Part shown: in pieces, positions 13,905 to 25,905 of the stretch
Layout: the number at the start of each line of letters is the position of its first letter
How positions within the stretch are numbered: the stretch's first letter is position 1
Assembly (NCBI RefSeq): GCF_001186125.1
Contig: NW_014040542.1
Location: forward strand, 51,861 to 115,860
Direction: 5' to 3'
Source: Sphaeroforma arctica JP610
Lineage: Eukaryota
Length of the DNA: 64,000 bases
Position numbers and translations under genes: made by a program
Notes under the pieces: generated by a model
Database searches by the model: none
The model's input: the letters and a program-made list of their open reading frames with translations, nothing else
What the model was told of the DNA's origin: nothing

Positions 13905-14308
13905 GTGAATGCAATGCAAAAGTTTTGCTAACCCTCTTTCGTCGGTCCTGGCACCCGATTCACAACGAGCATAAATCAAGAACAGATCAGGATTGATACT
14001 ATATTCACCGAAAATACAGAATAAACTTATATAAAGCGAGGGATACAAGCGTACATCTTTAATTGGAAATATCATTTCTCGCTGATGATATTGAGAGCGA
14101 CAATGAATGCAATGCAAAAGTTTTGCTACCCCCTCTTTGGTCGGTCCTGGCTCCCGATTCACAATGAACATAAATCAAGAACAGATCAGAATTGATACTA
14201 TATTTACCGAAAATGCAGAATAAACTTATATAAAGCGAGCGATACAAGCGTACACCTTTTAATGGAAATATCATTTCTCTCGAGCTGGTGATATTGAGAG
14301 CGACAATT
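13905..14308. repeat. Tandem duplication, 2 x ~199 bp
   Basis: gaatgcaatgcaaaagttttgcta...tgatattgagagcgacaat is repeated with scattered substitutions. Confidence 0.9.
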
Positions 14309-14599
14309 ATCCCGATTTCATTTAATGATGGGTCATACATCGCAACGATAATATATGATTGACGGCACCATATTAAGCATATTTGTTTACTTCGACTGCT
14401 GTTAGCTTAGTTGAGAGTGCCAGACTACAAGCGAAGAGTTTGTGCATTCAAGTACTGAATATATTCCAGGATTCAAGTAGGCATTGCTGTCTGTTTCTTT
14501 AGTTTACTATGAGACTATGGGTAAAATTTATCCTATACAGTTGGGTTTTTCATTCGTAGTTTACTATGAGACTATAGTTAAAATTTTCCCTATACAGTT

Positions 14600-15750
14600 G
14601 GTTTTTTATCCGTCTTCGTGGAAAGAAGAATATGAGTTGACCAATGACATGCTCGTGGGTTTGCCGTTACTAAGAAATTTTTAAACTTTCGTTTTAGTCT
14701 TTGCATCAGGTCATTAGGCAGAGAGGCGGTCAGGCAGTCTGACGGGAAATACCTATAGACAGTAAGCTCGAGCTATCCTAAGGCTTCGTAAGATATTGCC
14801 TCTATCAAGCTGTCAGTGTTGTGCGAGTATACTCGTCCTGTTACCAGCGTGCACGGTGTTGTTCCAACGACGCTATAGTATGTTGCGTTGTTTCTAAGTG
14901 GAAGCTAAGTGTATTTTTGTTCCTCTCCCTGCAGCATACTGTTGAACTCCTCCCTTTTGAATTGATCTCCTTTATGTCCCCTATTAAATCCTTATCATTC
15001 TGAGTAGGAGGATCTGGGGTTTACACAACGAGATCAGTGTCGTAGAAGTGTGTGCAGTGGCAAGCATACCCTTTCACATTTACTCGAAGTGCAGAACCAT
15101 CCTGAGCTAGTAGCACATTCTTGTATTCTTCTACATCCATAGGGAAGCTGAGGCAGTCTAGGCCATTGCCCTCCCCCAAATTCTGGGGTCTGGTAGCTGC
15201 TGTAAAAGTATTTATGTTGAACTGGAAGGCGGTCACGTCTGGATTCACGTGTCGCACGTAACCATGATGCAGTAACTACGTTTCCAGTACTGTCAAACCT
15301 TTGCAAGTGGAATGTCTTAGTCCGGAATGCGCAAAGAAGTACAAGTCACAAAAGAGTTTGAAACCACACGCAATTTCTGTGCATACTAGAAGCTTGAAAC
15401 ACAGAGAAGCGCGACGCACACTGGCGGTGTGCCAGGATTGTTCACTTAGTACTAGAACATCAAGCGGGAGGCCAGATCGGGTCACAGAGCCGCCGGAGAG
15501 GTTCAGTCAAGGGAAGACATATTTGTGAATGGCTACCTCTGACAGGTAAAGGTGTCCCATGCAACATCGGTGCTCGATGGCATTCATATATATGTGCAAT
15601 AATGAGGACTAAAACATTCTCAAAGGCAATTAAAGGTAATTAAGTGGTGCCGAATGGCAAACGAAATCAGACACAGACTTGGTAACAAGCGAATACTTTT
15701 ACGGTGCACTGTACATCGATAGTGGGAAAGTGCAGCAATCGTATTTGATC
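14600..15750 (-). mobile_element. Decayed Ty3/Gypsy-like pol remnant (integrase HHCC and core, possible RNase H trace)
   Basis: Minus-strand translation across stops and frameshifts gives motifs in canonical order. These are AALSHYRCTVHRKSIRLL (RNase H-like, weak), FFAHSGLRHST (HxG), VTCDT*IQT (CxxC with TGA), PQNLGEGNGLDCLSFPMDVEEYKNVLLAQD (first catalytic Asp region) and LPLRNNATYYSVVGTTPCTLVTGR (core C-terminal YNxxxHSxxGxTPxxLxxGR pattern). No LTRs seen. Confidence 0.6.
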
Positions 15751-16159
15751 GTTAGACGATGGCGATAGCCACACAGGTTTTATATCAAAAAAAGGTAAAT
15801 GTCATGCAATTCTTTCAACTATTGGTACAACTGTTGGCGCTCATGTGTTCTCCGATGTCAGAGTTAGACACGATACTTTGACGTCAAACGAGCATGCACA
15901 ATGCGACTGCCTGGAGTCGACTGACGGTTGAAGATTGCAGCGCATCGAGTTGTAATTGTATCTTAGCTTGTATACAACCGCTACTGAACGTTAATATGTG
16001 TATGCCACATAGCCGGATGCTTACTATAGCGCACCGTTGTTCGTACTCGCCATCCCATCAACCTGCTGTCCATTCCAATTCCCAAGATGACTTACTTCTA
16101 CCCTGTCATCGTCAGTCGCGTTGTGACGGTAAATCGAAGATGGTGAATTACACTATGCC

Positions 16160-16890
16160 TGGCTCCAGACATTCCAAGGAGCAATAGTGTATATCCACTG
16201 GTAGACCCACCAGTCTATATTCGCTATATACAGAGGTGCGACACGGCACACATCACCCAGTGCCTAGGGTGTTGCTCAGCCTATACGTGGAAGTCGGTGC
16301 AAATTCACTATTACAAACACCCTAGCGGCACGCTCTTCTGCAATTTGCATTGTTCGTCCATAATGGATGGGTGCGCAAGTGCCGATAGTTCATGGTTTCT
16401 GTATAGATACCTGGCTCCAGAGATCCGAGCAGTGGGACGTTGTGTGTTCGCTACACATCACCCCACATCACCCAGTGCCTAGGGTGTTGCTCAGCCTATA
16501 CGTGGAAGTCGGTGCAAATTCACTATTACAAACACCCTAGCGGCACGCTCTTCTGCAATTTGCATTGTTCGTCCATAATGGATGGGTGCGCAAGTGCCGA
16601 TAGTTCATGGTTTCTGTATAGATACCTGGCTCCGGACATCCGAGCAGTGGGACATAGTGTATCCACTGGTAGACCCGTCGGTAGACCTATCGGTCTATAT
16701 TCGCTATAGATAGATGTGAGACACGGAACACATCCCTTAGTGCCTAGGATACTGTCCAGCTCGTGCGCGGAGTCGGTGAAAATACACTACAAACACCTTT
16801 GTGATATGCGCTTCTGGAATATGAACTGTTCATTCATACTGAATGGTTCATCATGTGTCGATGATTCCTGGTTACTGCGCATGGATCTAC
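16160..16890. repeat. Tandem repeat, ~215-265-bp unit, ~3 copies, just past the MAD1 stop codon
   Basis: catcacccagtgcctagggtgttgctcagcc...gatacctggctcc at 16251 and 16466 is near-identical; a diverged third copy starts near 16730. Confidence 0.85.
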
Positions 16891-16926
16891 GCTTGTACTC
16901 GTTGTTTATATACTTAGCTCGGACCG

Positions 16927-19900
16927 TCAACTCCGGAAAGTTTGATTATTGAACAGTTCCAGCGTTATTGTGCTGAGAAATGCTGGATACGATCGACACT
17001 GTCCTAGATAAGCCTGCGACAAGATTGAGTTTTGAGCAAGATTTTAGAGCGATGAAATTACAGAGTAATTCACGCTGAAGCAAATCAGATACAGTATAAA
17101 TGGGCGGATGATATACAAAACTAGCTTGTGCAAAATTTAATATTCAGGTATATGCCATAGTAGACGAAATCTGTCCATGCCACGATAGTACATATAAAGG
17201 CATGAGGCAAGCTGTACACATGAAGTAGCCCGATTATACGATACAACGATGCCAGACTCGGGTACTATGATGCATGCTTATTTCTTGCAAAGTGTACCTA
17301 GTACCAGAAATAGGACTTCCACAGCATGTCAACCTTGTGTAGGTTATGTAGTGGGAAAGCGCGAATGTATTCGCTACCGACTACCATGCGCAGTTCTTGC
17401 AAGACGACATTGCTGTTGAGTACAAGCACCAAAAAGCATACTCCGTAGGAAAACAATGTGTTCCCTGTCAACGCGCTTATGACTGACAAGTATTAATTTG
17501 AAGTTGTGCAGATAAAAGTACTTCTCCTTATTCACAAAGCGTGAATGTCTGTTTGTAAACATCCAATCTACTTAACTACAAAACACAAGGGACAGGCCTG
17601 GCTTGTGTTGACAACTGAGCATAACGTGAGACACAATTTGAATCTGCCATAAACACTCCCGTAGAAAACAACTAACCTTGCAAGTCTGCGACACAGTTTG
17701 TAAATCACGCAGCGCGTTCACTAAATCAAGGGTCAAGCAAGTCATATGATAAGTGTACACTGACAAGGAAGTGATGACCATACCGCGATGTTGTGACTCA
17801 GGTGCTTTGAGTATTCGGATTCGAGCAAATCGACGCGCCCATTCTCTTCGGAGCCCTTCACCAGTGGGGTTAAAAGTAGAGAGTATTATGACATATGTGT
17901 TGGGGGTCGATTTTGATATGAAGATTTGATCACGAAAGCTTGAATCCGCACACTTGTTTCGGACTGATGAGTCGAATTGTTGACGCTATCGAGTACCCAC
18001 GAAGTATATATTAGTGCTTAAATATACACAACATTTTGAGTATATGTATCTTAAGTTTGTGCCCGAACACTCTGCTCGCCCGTATAGATGTATAACAACA
18101 CATACATTAAAAATACGATGAAAGTAAGCACGTACTTTTGTTAGGGCTGGGCTTGGCTTGGCATTTTGGTCCCCAGTGGTTAGGATCTATTTATGCACAC
18201 ACATGAAGATTGGCAAGGAACCAAACACATCACGCTATAAAACGTTGTCAATTGCAACGAACAAATTGAGTCGGCAACAAACAAATTAAGCCGGGGACAT
18301 AAACACAAGGACATTCACGATGTATGTGTGTTTTCCAGTCTAACCCGAGCCTTGTAAAAAGATCCAACCAAGTCCGATAGGTATTGCAGGCCAGCGCATC
18401 GCGCGGATGCTCCCCATGCATAGGAAACGTATGCAGAACAGGTTGCCGTCCTGGGCTCAAATTTATACCTTAAATAGCAGGTAGTCTCTTTTTGACTCGG
18501 CGTAGATAGAGAGCAATTTGTATTGACGCAATTCATCCATGTCAATCTTGAATCCAAACAGTGTGTACACCACCTCACGGAAGTGACTGAACTTCTTGGC
18601 AAACATCTGAGGCGGTTTCACCGGGATTGAGATGAAGCGCGAAAGTGTCAGCACTGATAGCCACAACCATTCCTGCGGGGCATATGTTGAAAATTTCACG
18701 AGAGGAATACACAGATGCCATATAGAAGTAGACTAAATATAAAACGTATATGAATGTAGCCTAGGCATGTCAAGATACAAACGAAAGATGGCGACACTGA
18801 AACACCGTGTTGCAGTTTTTCAAGTTTGAAGCGGTGCTTCATCACCATTTGAATACACTCCTACCAATGTACAAAACAGTTATTTGAGCCTTAACACACA
18901 GTCGCGCTATAAAAAAATACGCATGGGAAGGGCAAATGAACGCATATATNNNNNNNNNNNNNNNNNNNNACATAGACACACACATAGTTATATCTATTGA
19001 TATTTGTATATATATATATATATACATATATAATTCCAGGTGCACGCGGCCATTAAAAATCTTACGCTCATGTGAATATGAAAAACATGGGAGTTGAGTC
19101 AGATCCAAGGCACAGGCGAGGCAACACATTGCACTAAGGACTAAGGCGATATATACCTCTTTAATGACGTTGTTGCGGTTGTTTGCGGTCTTGAGCTGCT
19201 CGCGGAGAGCTTTGTTTTCATCCAAAATCTGTACAGCGGTCGCCTGAGAACAGTGTCAGACCGCCATGAACATACGATAGATGGCGTGTATATGAGTTAC
19301 TATACATGTAGTTATGTTGTTTATACGACTATGTAGATATATTCTATAAAATCTATAAAATTATTTATACATGTACAGATGTAAATCTGTGGTTGCCTTT
19401 GCTGGTTGACAAGCACACAGAATCCGAGCTTCATGGCTCGCCCGACCTAGCTGTCGAGCAATTCACAGGTGTTAATGATATAATGGACGGTCGTTACTGT
19501 CTGTATCTGGAGCAATGTACGCTTAGCACTAGTGAGAATAATACTACCAGTTTTAAATCCACATGCACACACCAGCTATGCAAGCTGTACCTCTGCGTGA
19601 GTGCATGTCTGATGTGAAAGACGATCGAACAAGGTCAGGATACTAACGAACACGCTATAGTAATCATGCAATGGACAGTCAAAGCAGGGAGCTAATCAAA
19701 CAGCTACTAGTGGGTGTCTATAATCCGAGTTTATAGAAGTGGAAAAAATTCAATAGCCGTGACACTTCCCAAATGTTTCGATGATTTTGATGAGGACGAA
19801 AGATTAGACAAAAACGCCATAAGTTGTGGCTTGCAAGCATAGGAAACATACAATATATATATCGAGGTTTCAAATGTACATCCATCGAAATACCACCAAT

Positions 19901-22900
19901 GATAAATAGCCAACACAAGGGCACGCATACGTGCAGTGCGAATGTAAGGTGTATTTAAAACCTTGAATTCATCTCATCAGCGTTCACTTCTCCGATAAAA
20001 CCAGGCTCGAGGAAGGACGCGAGAACACTGCCTAAATAACGACAGGGGTTGTCTTCAGCGTACCTGTTGTAGCGGTGCTGCACTGCAAAATGGAAACAAA
20101 CAAACCAAAAAACTTGTACGAGACCCAAGCGCGCATAGCAACTATAGTAGACAAACAGTTCCAGGAAAGTGGCCCAAAACACATATACGTACTGCTGCCG
20201 TGTGCGTACTGCTGCCGACGGACTGCTCCACACGAGTCAACTCCTGGGTCAGCCGCACTACTTCGTGTTGTAGTTCCTCCTGACACCTGGCTAGACTGTC
20301 TGACACGGGGTTGTGGCGCAGGTGTATCACCTACAAGATGGTAAGGAATCCCTGCGAATACGTCAGTGGGAGGGTATGGTGTCGACAAGATAGAGTTGGA
20401 GATAATCCAGGGTATAGATTGAAATCATATACAAGTATATGCGGTGGGCGTTTTTAGTACATATACATCTGATAGATGGAAAATATAACAAGAAGCTCAG
20501 CGCGGCAAAGCACTCGACGCATCATAAGTAGGCAAGGGCACACCACTATCTTGCTGGCTAAGTACAAAAAAATACGAGGACGGTATCACTACGGTGATTA
20601 TGAGTTCCGAATACTTATGTATAAATGTTTGTGCAGCGTGTGTGCCCAGCTGTGGCCTCGGGTGAATCAATCAAGCAAATAATAAGAATCCTTTTCCCGT
20701 CCTTTAGTACAGCAGTACACGTAGTCCCTCTTGTTGACACGCACTCCCTGTTAGTAGTATACTCAATCGTTTCGCTTACGGCAGTGTTAGGCTTTCAACA
20801 TGTGGCGGAAACCTTCCATACTCAGGTGTTTATCCGAAGCAGCTACTCGGCATGCACTCACAAACACACACTGTCTCCAAATGAAAGACAACGTTTTCGC
20901 TACGCACATAGAAGCGTTGCACAGGTTAATTAAAGGTTTACTGCTAGCTTTATCAGGGGTGCCTTCATGAGATGCCTGAACCATTCTCCCATAAGGACTC
21001 AATCGAGAAAATATGGCAATGCTATGTCAACTTCAAACCGAACTTTCGCCAGTGCAACTCGACTCGTGACGTGGTATTGTCTAGCATCACAGTTGTGAGA
21101 CCCCAAACCTCCGAAATAGATTGATCGACATTTTATTATAGCTTAGACCGAGAGCTTATGCATCGCGCGACTCTCAGACTGTGAGAAATAAAATCGGAGG
21201 TCTCGAGCTCACACGCACCCGATAGGCAGCTGTCTAGTGTAAGTAGTACAATCCAACCCATCTGTAGTCGAACACACCCCGAATATAGCCGCCTATTTCA
21301 AGTAGTACAGTACTGCTGCCGCCTATTTCAAGTAGTACAGTACTGCTTTAGCAGAACATTTGAGGTCTCAGCCGCCCATGATTCGGCTGCATAGTTCAAG
21401 TAGTCAATCTGTAGTAGTTATGCATCGGAGGTCTCACACATCCATGATACGGTTTGCTTATTTCGAGTAGTACGATACGTTTGGGTAGAACATTGGCGTA
21501 CATTGGAAGTCTAACACGTCCATGATACGGCTGACTAGTTCAAGTAGTACAATCTGCCGTAGTTGTGCATCAGAGGTCTAACATACCCATGATACGGCTG
21601 CTTATTTCGAGTAGTACAATACGTTTGGGTAGTACATTGGAAGCCTTACACGCCCATGATACGGCTGACTAGTTCAAGTAGTACAATCTGCCGCAGCTGT
21701 GCATTGGACGTCTCACACCAGTGGTACAAATGCTTATTTCGAGTAGTACAATACGTTTGGGTAGACATTGGAAGCCTCACACGCCCTTGATACGGCTGCA
21801 TAGTTCAAGTAGTACAATCTGCCGCAGCTGTGCATTGGACGTCTCACACCAGTGGTACAAATGCTTAATTCGAGTAGTACAACATGTTTCGGTAGTACAC
21901 CGGAGGTCTCACACACCCATGATACGGCTGCCTACCTTGGTTGTGCGCGGGTCGTAGTCAGTGGCCGGAGTGCCGCTGCTGGTTGCGGGGTTGTGCGACT
22001 GTCTAAGCTGGAGGACGGCTTTCGCATTGGCGAGTTGCACGGTCGCCTGTGGTATGAATAGGCCCAATGATAATATTGTGAGACCCAGTCTGTTGTCAGG
22101 AACCCATACTACGGGAGCATGCTTACTCTTTATAAACACATCTCTGTCAGCATTGTGGGAGCATGCCAAGCACTGCCAGGTCACATTTCCTTATGCAAGT
22201 AATGACATGGCTACTTGCACGCATGCACTTCCGCGCATGTCCACAAGCGCATTACACATGTGCATACATGACACAAAGACAGATAGGCGCAGAGGCACAC
22301 ACATGTACTGACGCACCGACATTAACAAACCTGATTGAGTTTCATTCGCAGTGCGGCAACATCCACATCGGCTTCTTTGGTACGCATACTCGCTGATGCA
22401 GTCGAGGCCGTCAGCTGTAGCGTTTGGGCCTCTAGCACGGTCTTGTCCTTTTCCCTGCGCAATTCCTCGCTCAGTTGCGTGTTCTCACGCTTTGCATCGT
22501 CTCGTTCGGATGTAATCGATACAACATTGTCGCGCTGTGGTGCGAATGTATTTTTGTAAGAGACATATCCAACTGCGATATTGACGATAGTAGGATCCGA
22601 ATCCATATTATCCTCTCACGTACATATATAGACATAACTTCACCCGTAACTTCATTCACTGTCATAGCGCATGTTTATAGCACAAGTGTGGTGCACCAAA
22701 CAGTAGCATGCTTGTACGCAGCGTACAAGCACTAAGTCCAGATATCTTAGTAATCTACTTATGAATAACATGCCAATATTTAAATTCATATACACATATA
22801 CACGTAGACCTTCCATATAGATGCAAACGTATATGCACATTTCAAGGATAGGAAGCAATATTTGCAACTATACGTTTGATGCTGCAGCGGATGCATACCT

Positions 22901-25663
22901 GCTCATCTAGGGCCTTATTCAAGCCGTCTATGGTCTCTTGGAGTTTGTTAGCGTGCAGTTCGTACGTCTCGTTGTTATGTCCGAACACCTTATCCTGTGC
23001 ATAAAACGACTTGATGATATCTTGCAAGCCCCTAATCTCTAATCTGGACACACAATAATAATAATAGAACGGAAGTATTACCGAAATGATAGCAAACTTC
23101 TCGCCTTCATAATATCCCATCAAATTCATATATATAAAAACACAACGATGTGATGATTTCTACTGCCCCTGTAATGTCGAACTCGCCCAACTCTCTATTT
23201 GCTCTGACGGAAACAAGGGTCAATTGCTTACGAATTTACTACACAGTTCGATCTCATGTGGTGTGGTGTGACGATGCTTGCAGAAGGTCTCTCCGTCGTG
23301 CTTCACCCACTGGCATTCCGCCTCTATGAACATATAGTGATACTCTGCATCTCGTCCAATACTATGCTATGTACTATAGTGTACGTAGTGTAATCGTCTT
23401 TAGTGGAGGCCACATGCTGACCACTCGGGGTTTACTATGTGTTTGTAGCGATATCCAGTCCGAGCCAAACAGTTGCCATTGAGCACAGGTGATGCTGCCC
23501 AATGTGCGACACGCTAACGGGCATATGCACACCAAGCATGATTTGCAAGAAAAATGCTCACCATCCACTAGTACGAAGACCTCGGACTATTGCTCACTTA
23601 CATTTGATTGTTAAATTGTTTGCGTATAAGTTCTTACTACTCTCGAAGACATGATGGATGATACGTGCGTGTGCGTGTGTGTGTGTATACGTCACTAGAT
23701 AATTCCACGTACTGAATGTACCCATCGACTCAAAACAAGCTACCAGACACTATAGGATGCAAAGACCAAAGTAGGAGGTAGCACATACTTGTAGAAATCC
23801 GACCGCCTTTGAAGAGTCCCGAACTTGGTTTTCAGGTCCTTGAGCTCTTTGCCGACGTTCTGGTGTTTGTCCGAGGCTTCGCTCAACTGCGCGCGTTGGG
23901 CGGTGATCAGTTGTTGCAGCCCATCCAGCCGCGATGTCAATCTGTCTAATGTCTCGTCCTGTCCCTCCTATGTGTCGCAGAGTAATGTAAGAGTGATGTA
24001 AGGAAGGGTAACTTGGGTATGTGACATGATTGTCGCACAATGTTCCTGCAAGCAAAGTATGAGTCCGTTTGAGATTTCGACGTGTACATCCTATTATTCG
24101 GTGATGTACAAAATTTAGTCGCGAATACAACACAACTAAAATACATCATAACCCACGCCAAGGCTGTATTTGACGCTTGCGACCATCATGTAGAGAGTTT
24201 GTCCGGAAGCACAATACCAGGCGTCAAAGCGTGATATCGGTGAAAACATTATGAAAAATTCTAATGTCGAGAGTTTAGCTGCGATTAGAACACTTCAGTC
24301 GTGTATATTGGATGATAAGTGACCAAAAGAAATGTGCACAGTGGAATATAGCATACAGCAAGTGCCTGTAAGGTGGACGGCACTTTGATAGTTTTAAGGA
24401 GCTATGTATATTTCCGTAAATATACACACCTCTACATGTATTACTTATGATATGAATTAATTTTCACGTGCTTAAGTTATCTCCAAAGCAACTGTAAACA
24501 TGTAAAAAACATGCATTTGGCAGATTACACGACCCTTGATGGTTTGGCGCAATTCAAAAGCATCAAGCAAGAACTTCACTAAAAGTACGGAGCAGCGCCG
24601 ATAGACACGAGTTTTGAAGTCCCTCAACGCATTGCTAGGTGATACTTGAGACTGCGTTACCCAAAAAGAAGATAGTACTGGAGCTATAGACATTGATGAT
24701 TTACCCTGATATCCAAATCCATAAATATATGTATATATATATATATAGATATATAGATATATATATAGATATACATAATAAATCTAGTCATGTTTAATGC
24801 GTATGCGTACCTTCTCGGCCCTGAGTTGTGCAGTGCTTTGCAGAATTGAATTGATGGCCGTTTCTAAGTAACCCCCCTCCTGGCTATCTGCAATGAGACC
24901 TGAATGCATACAAGGGCCAAATCAAGAAATTCAGATATTAACCCACTTAGCATCCGGTAAAAGGCTCAGACACGCCATTCCCGCAAATAAAAATATATAT
25001 ACAAGGATATAACGTTGCAAAGCTAGCAGATGCAAACCAAGAATATATTCAGTATGAGTAGCTGAAGAACATCAATATGTCTATTGACTACGCAACATTC
25101 ATACGTGCATCATAGGTACTGTGCATGCCATAAATAACACGTTAATGCTAACTGCGTGTATGTGCATGAATGTAACTTCACAAACTAGCATGACTCGGTT
25201 GTGTGTTCGAGCATGGTGCGCATATACAAGTACACATTGGCTGTATTAGTGTGGACATTTTCGGATGTGTTCTGTACATGGATTAGCATAAACGCATGGG
25301 TTATGAGCCATCATAAAAAAAAGTGTGCAGATATATTGAGCTTGTGTGTATGCAGAGACTGTGTGTGTAGACAATGATGTCTTGTGAACGTTCATTATAT
25401 GGTGAAAGACAACCTGTTCACATGCACAACGAAAATACGCATAACCTGTACATAATCATCAGCTTTTGTGAAGATACATATCTTTGCAGATGCGCATACA
25501 CACGTAATAATTTGGGCGTAAGAAAGAAAGCACTCAGATGGCCCCTGCGTGGAGTGTCTGTCATTCCAGGTCAGTGGCACAACAGCCGCTGAAAACAGCA
25601 GCGCCGTGCCGTACCGTTTTCTCCTCACAGTGCTTTCGCCTCAAGTGCGCTATGTATATAAAT

Positions 25664-25695
<32 letters not shown>

Positions 25696-25712
25696 GCACG
25701 CACGCACGCACG

Positions 25713-25758
<46 letters not shown>

Positions 25759-25795
25759 TATATATATATATATATGTATATACGTATACACACGA

Positions 25796-25830
<35 letters not shown>

Positions 25831-25861
25831 CGTATACACACAAACACACACACACACACAN

Positions 25862-25905
<44 letters not shown>

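Noticed and set aside
15301..15528. Plus-strand ORF with C2H2-like spacing (CLSPEC...HAISVH)
   Set aside because: It is short, lacks an ATG and is antisense to the better-supported integrase remnant, so it is probably a shadow ORF.
16251..16660. RING-like words (AIC...HGFCIDTWL) in one frame of the ~215-bp repeat
   Set aside because: The frame has in-frame stops and lacks the full Cys/His spacing, so it is treated as a non-coding repeat.
25561..25650. Possible extra MAD1 exon ([11 protein letters not shown])
   Set aside because: The flanking exons already join in phase (26043>24899), and this segment has no phase-compatible donor.
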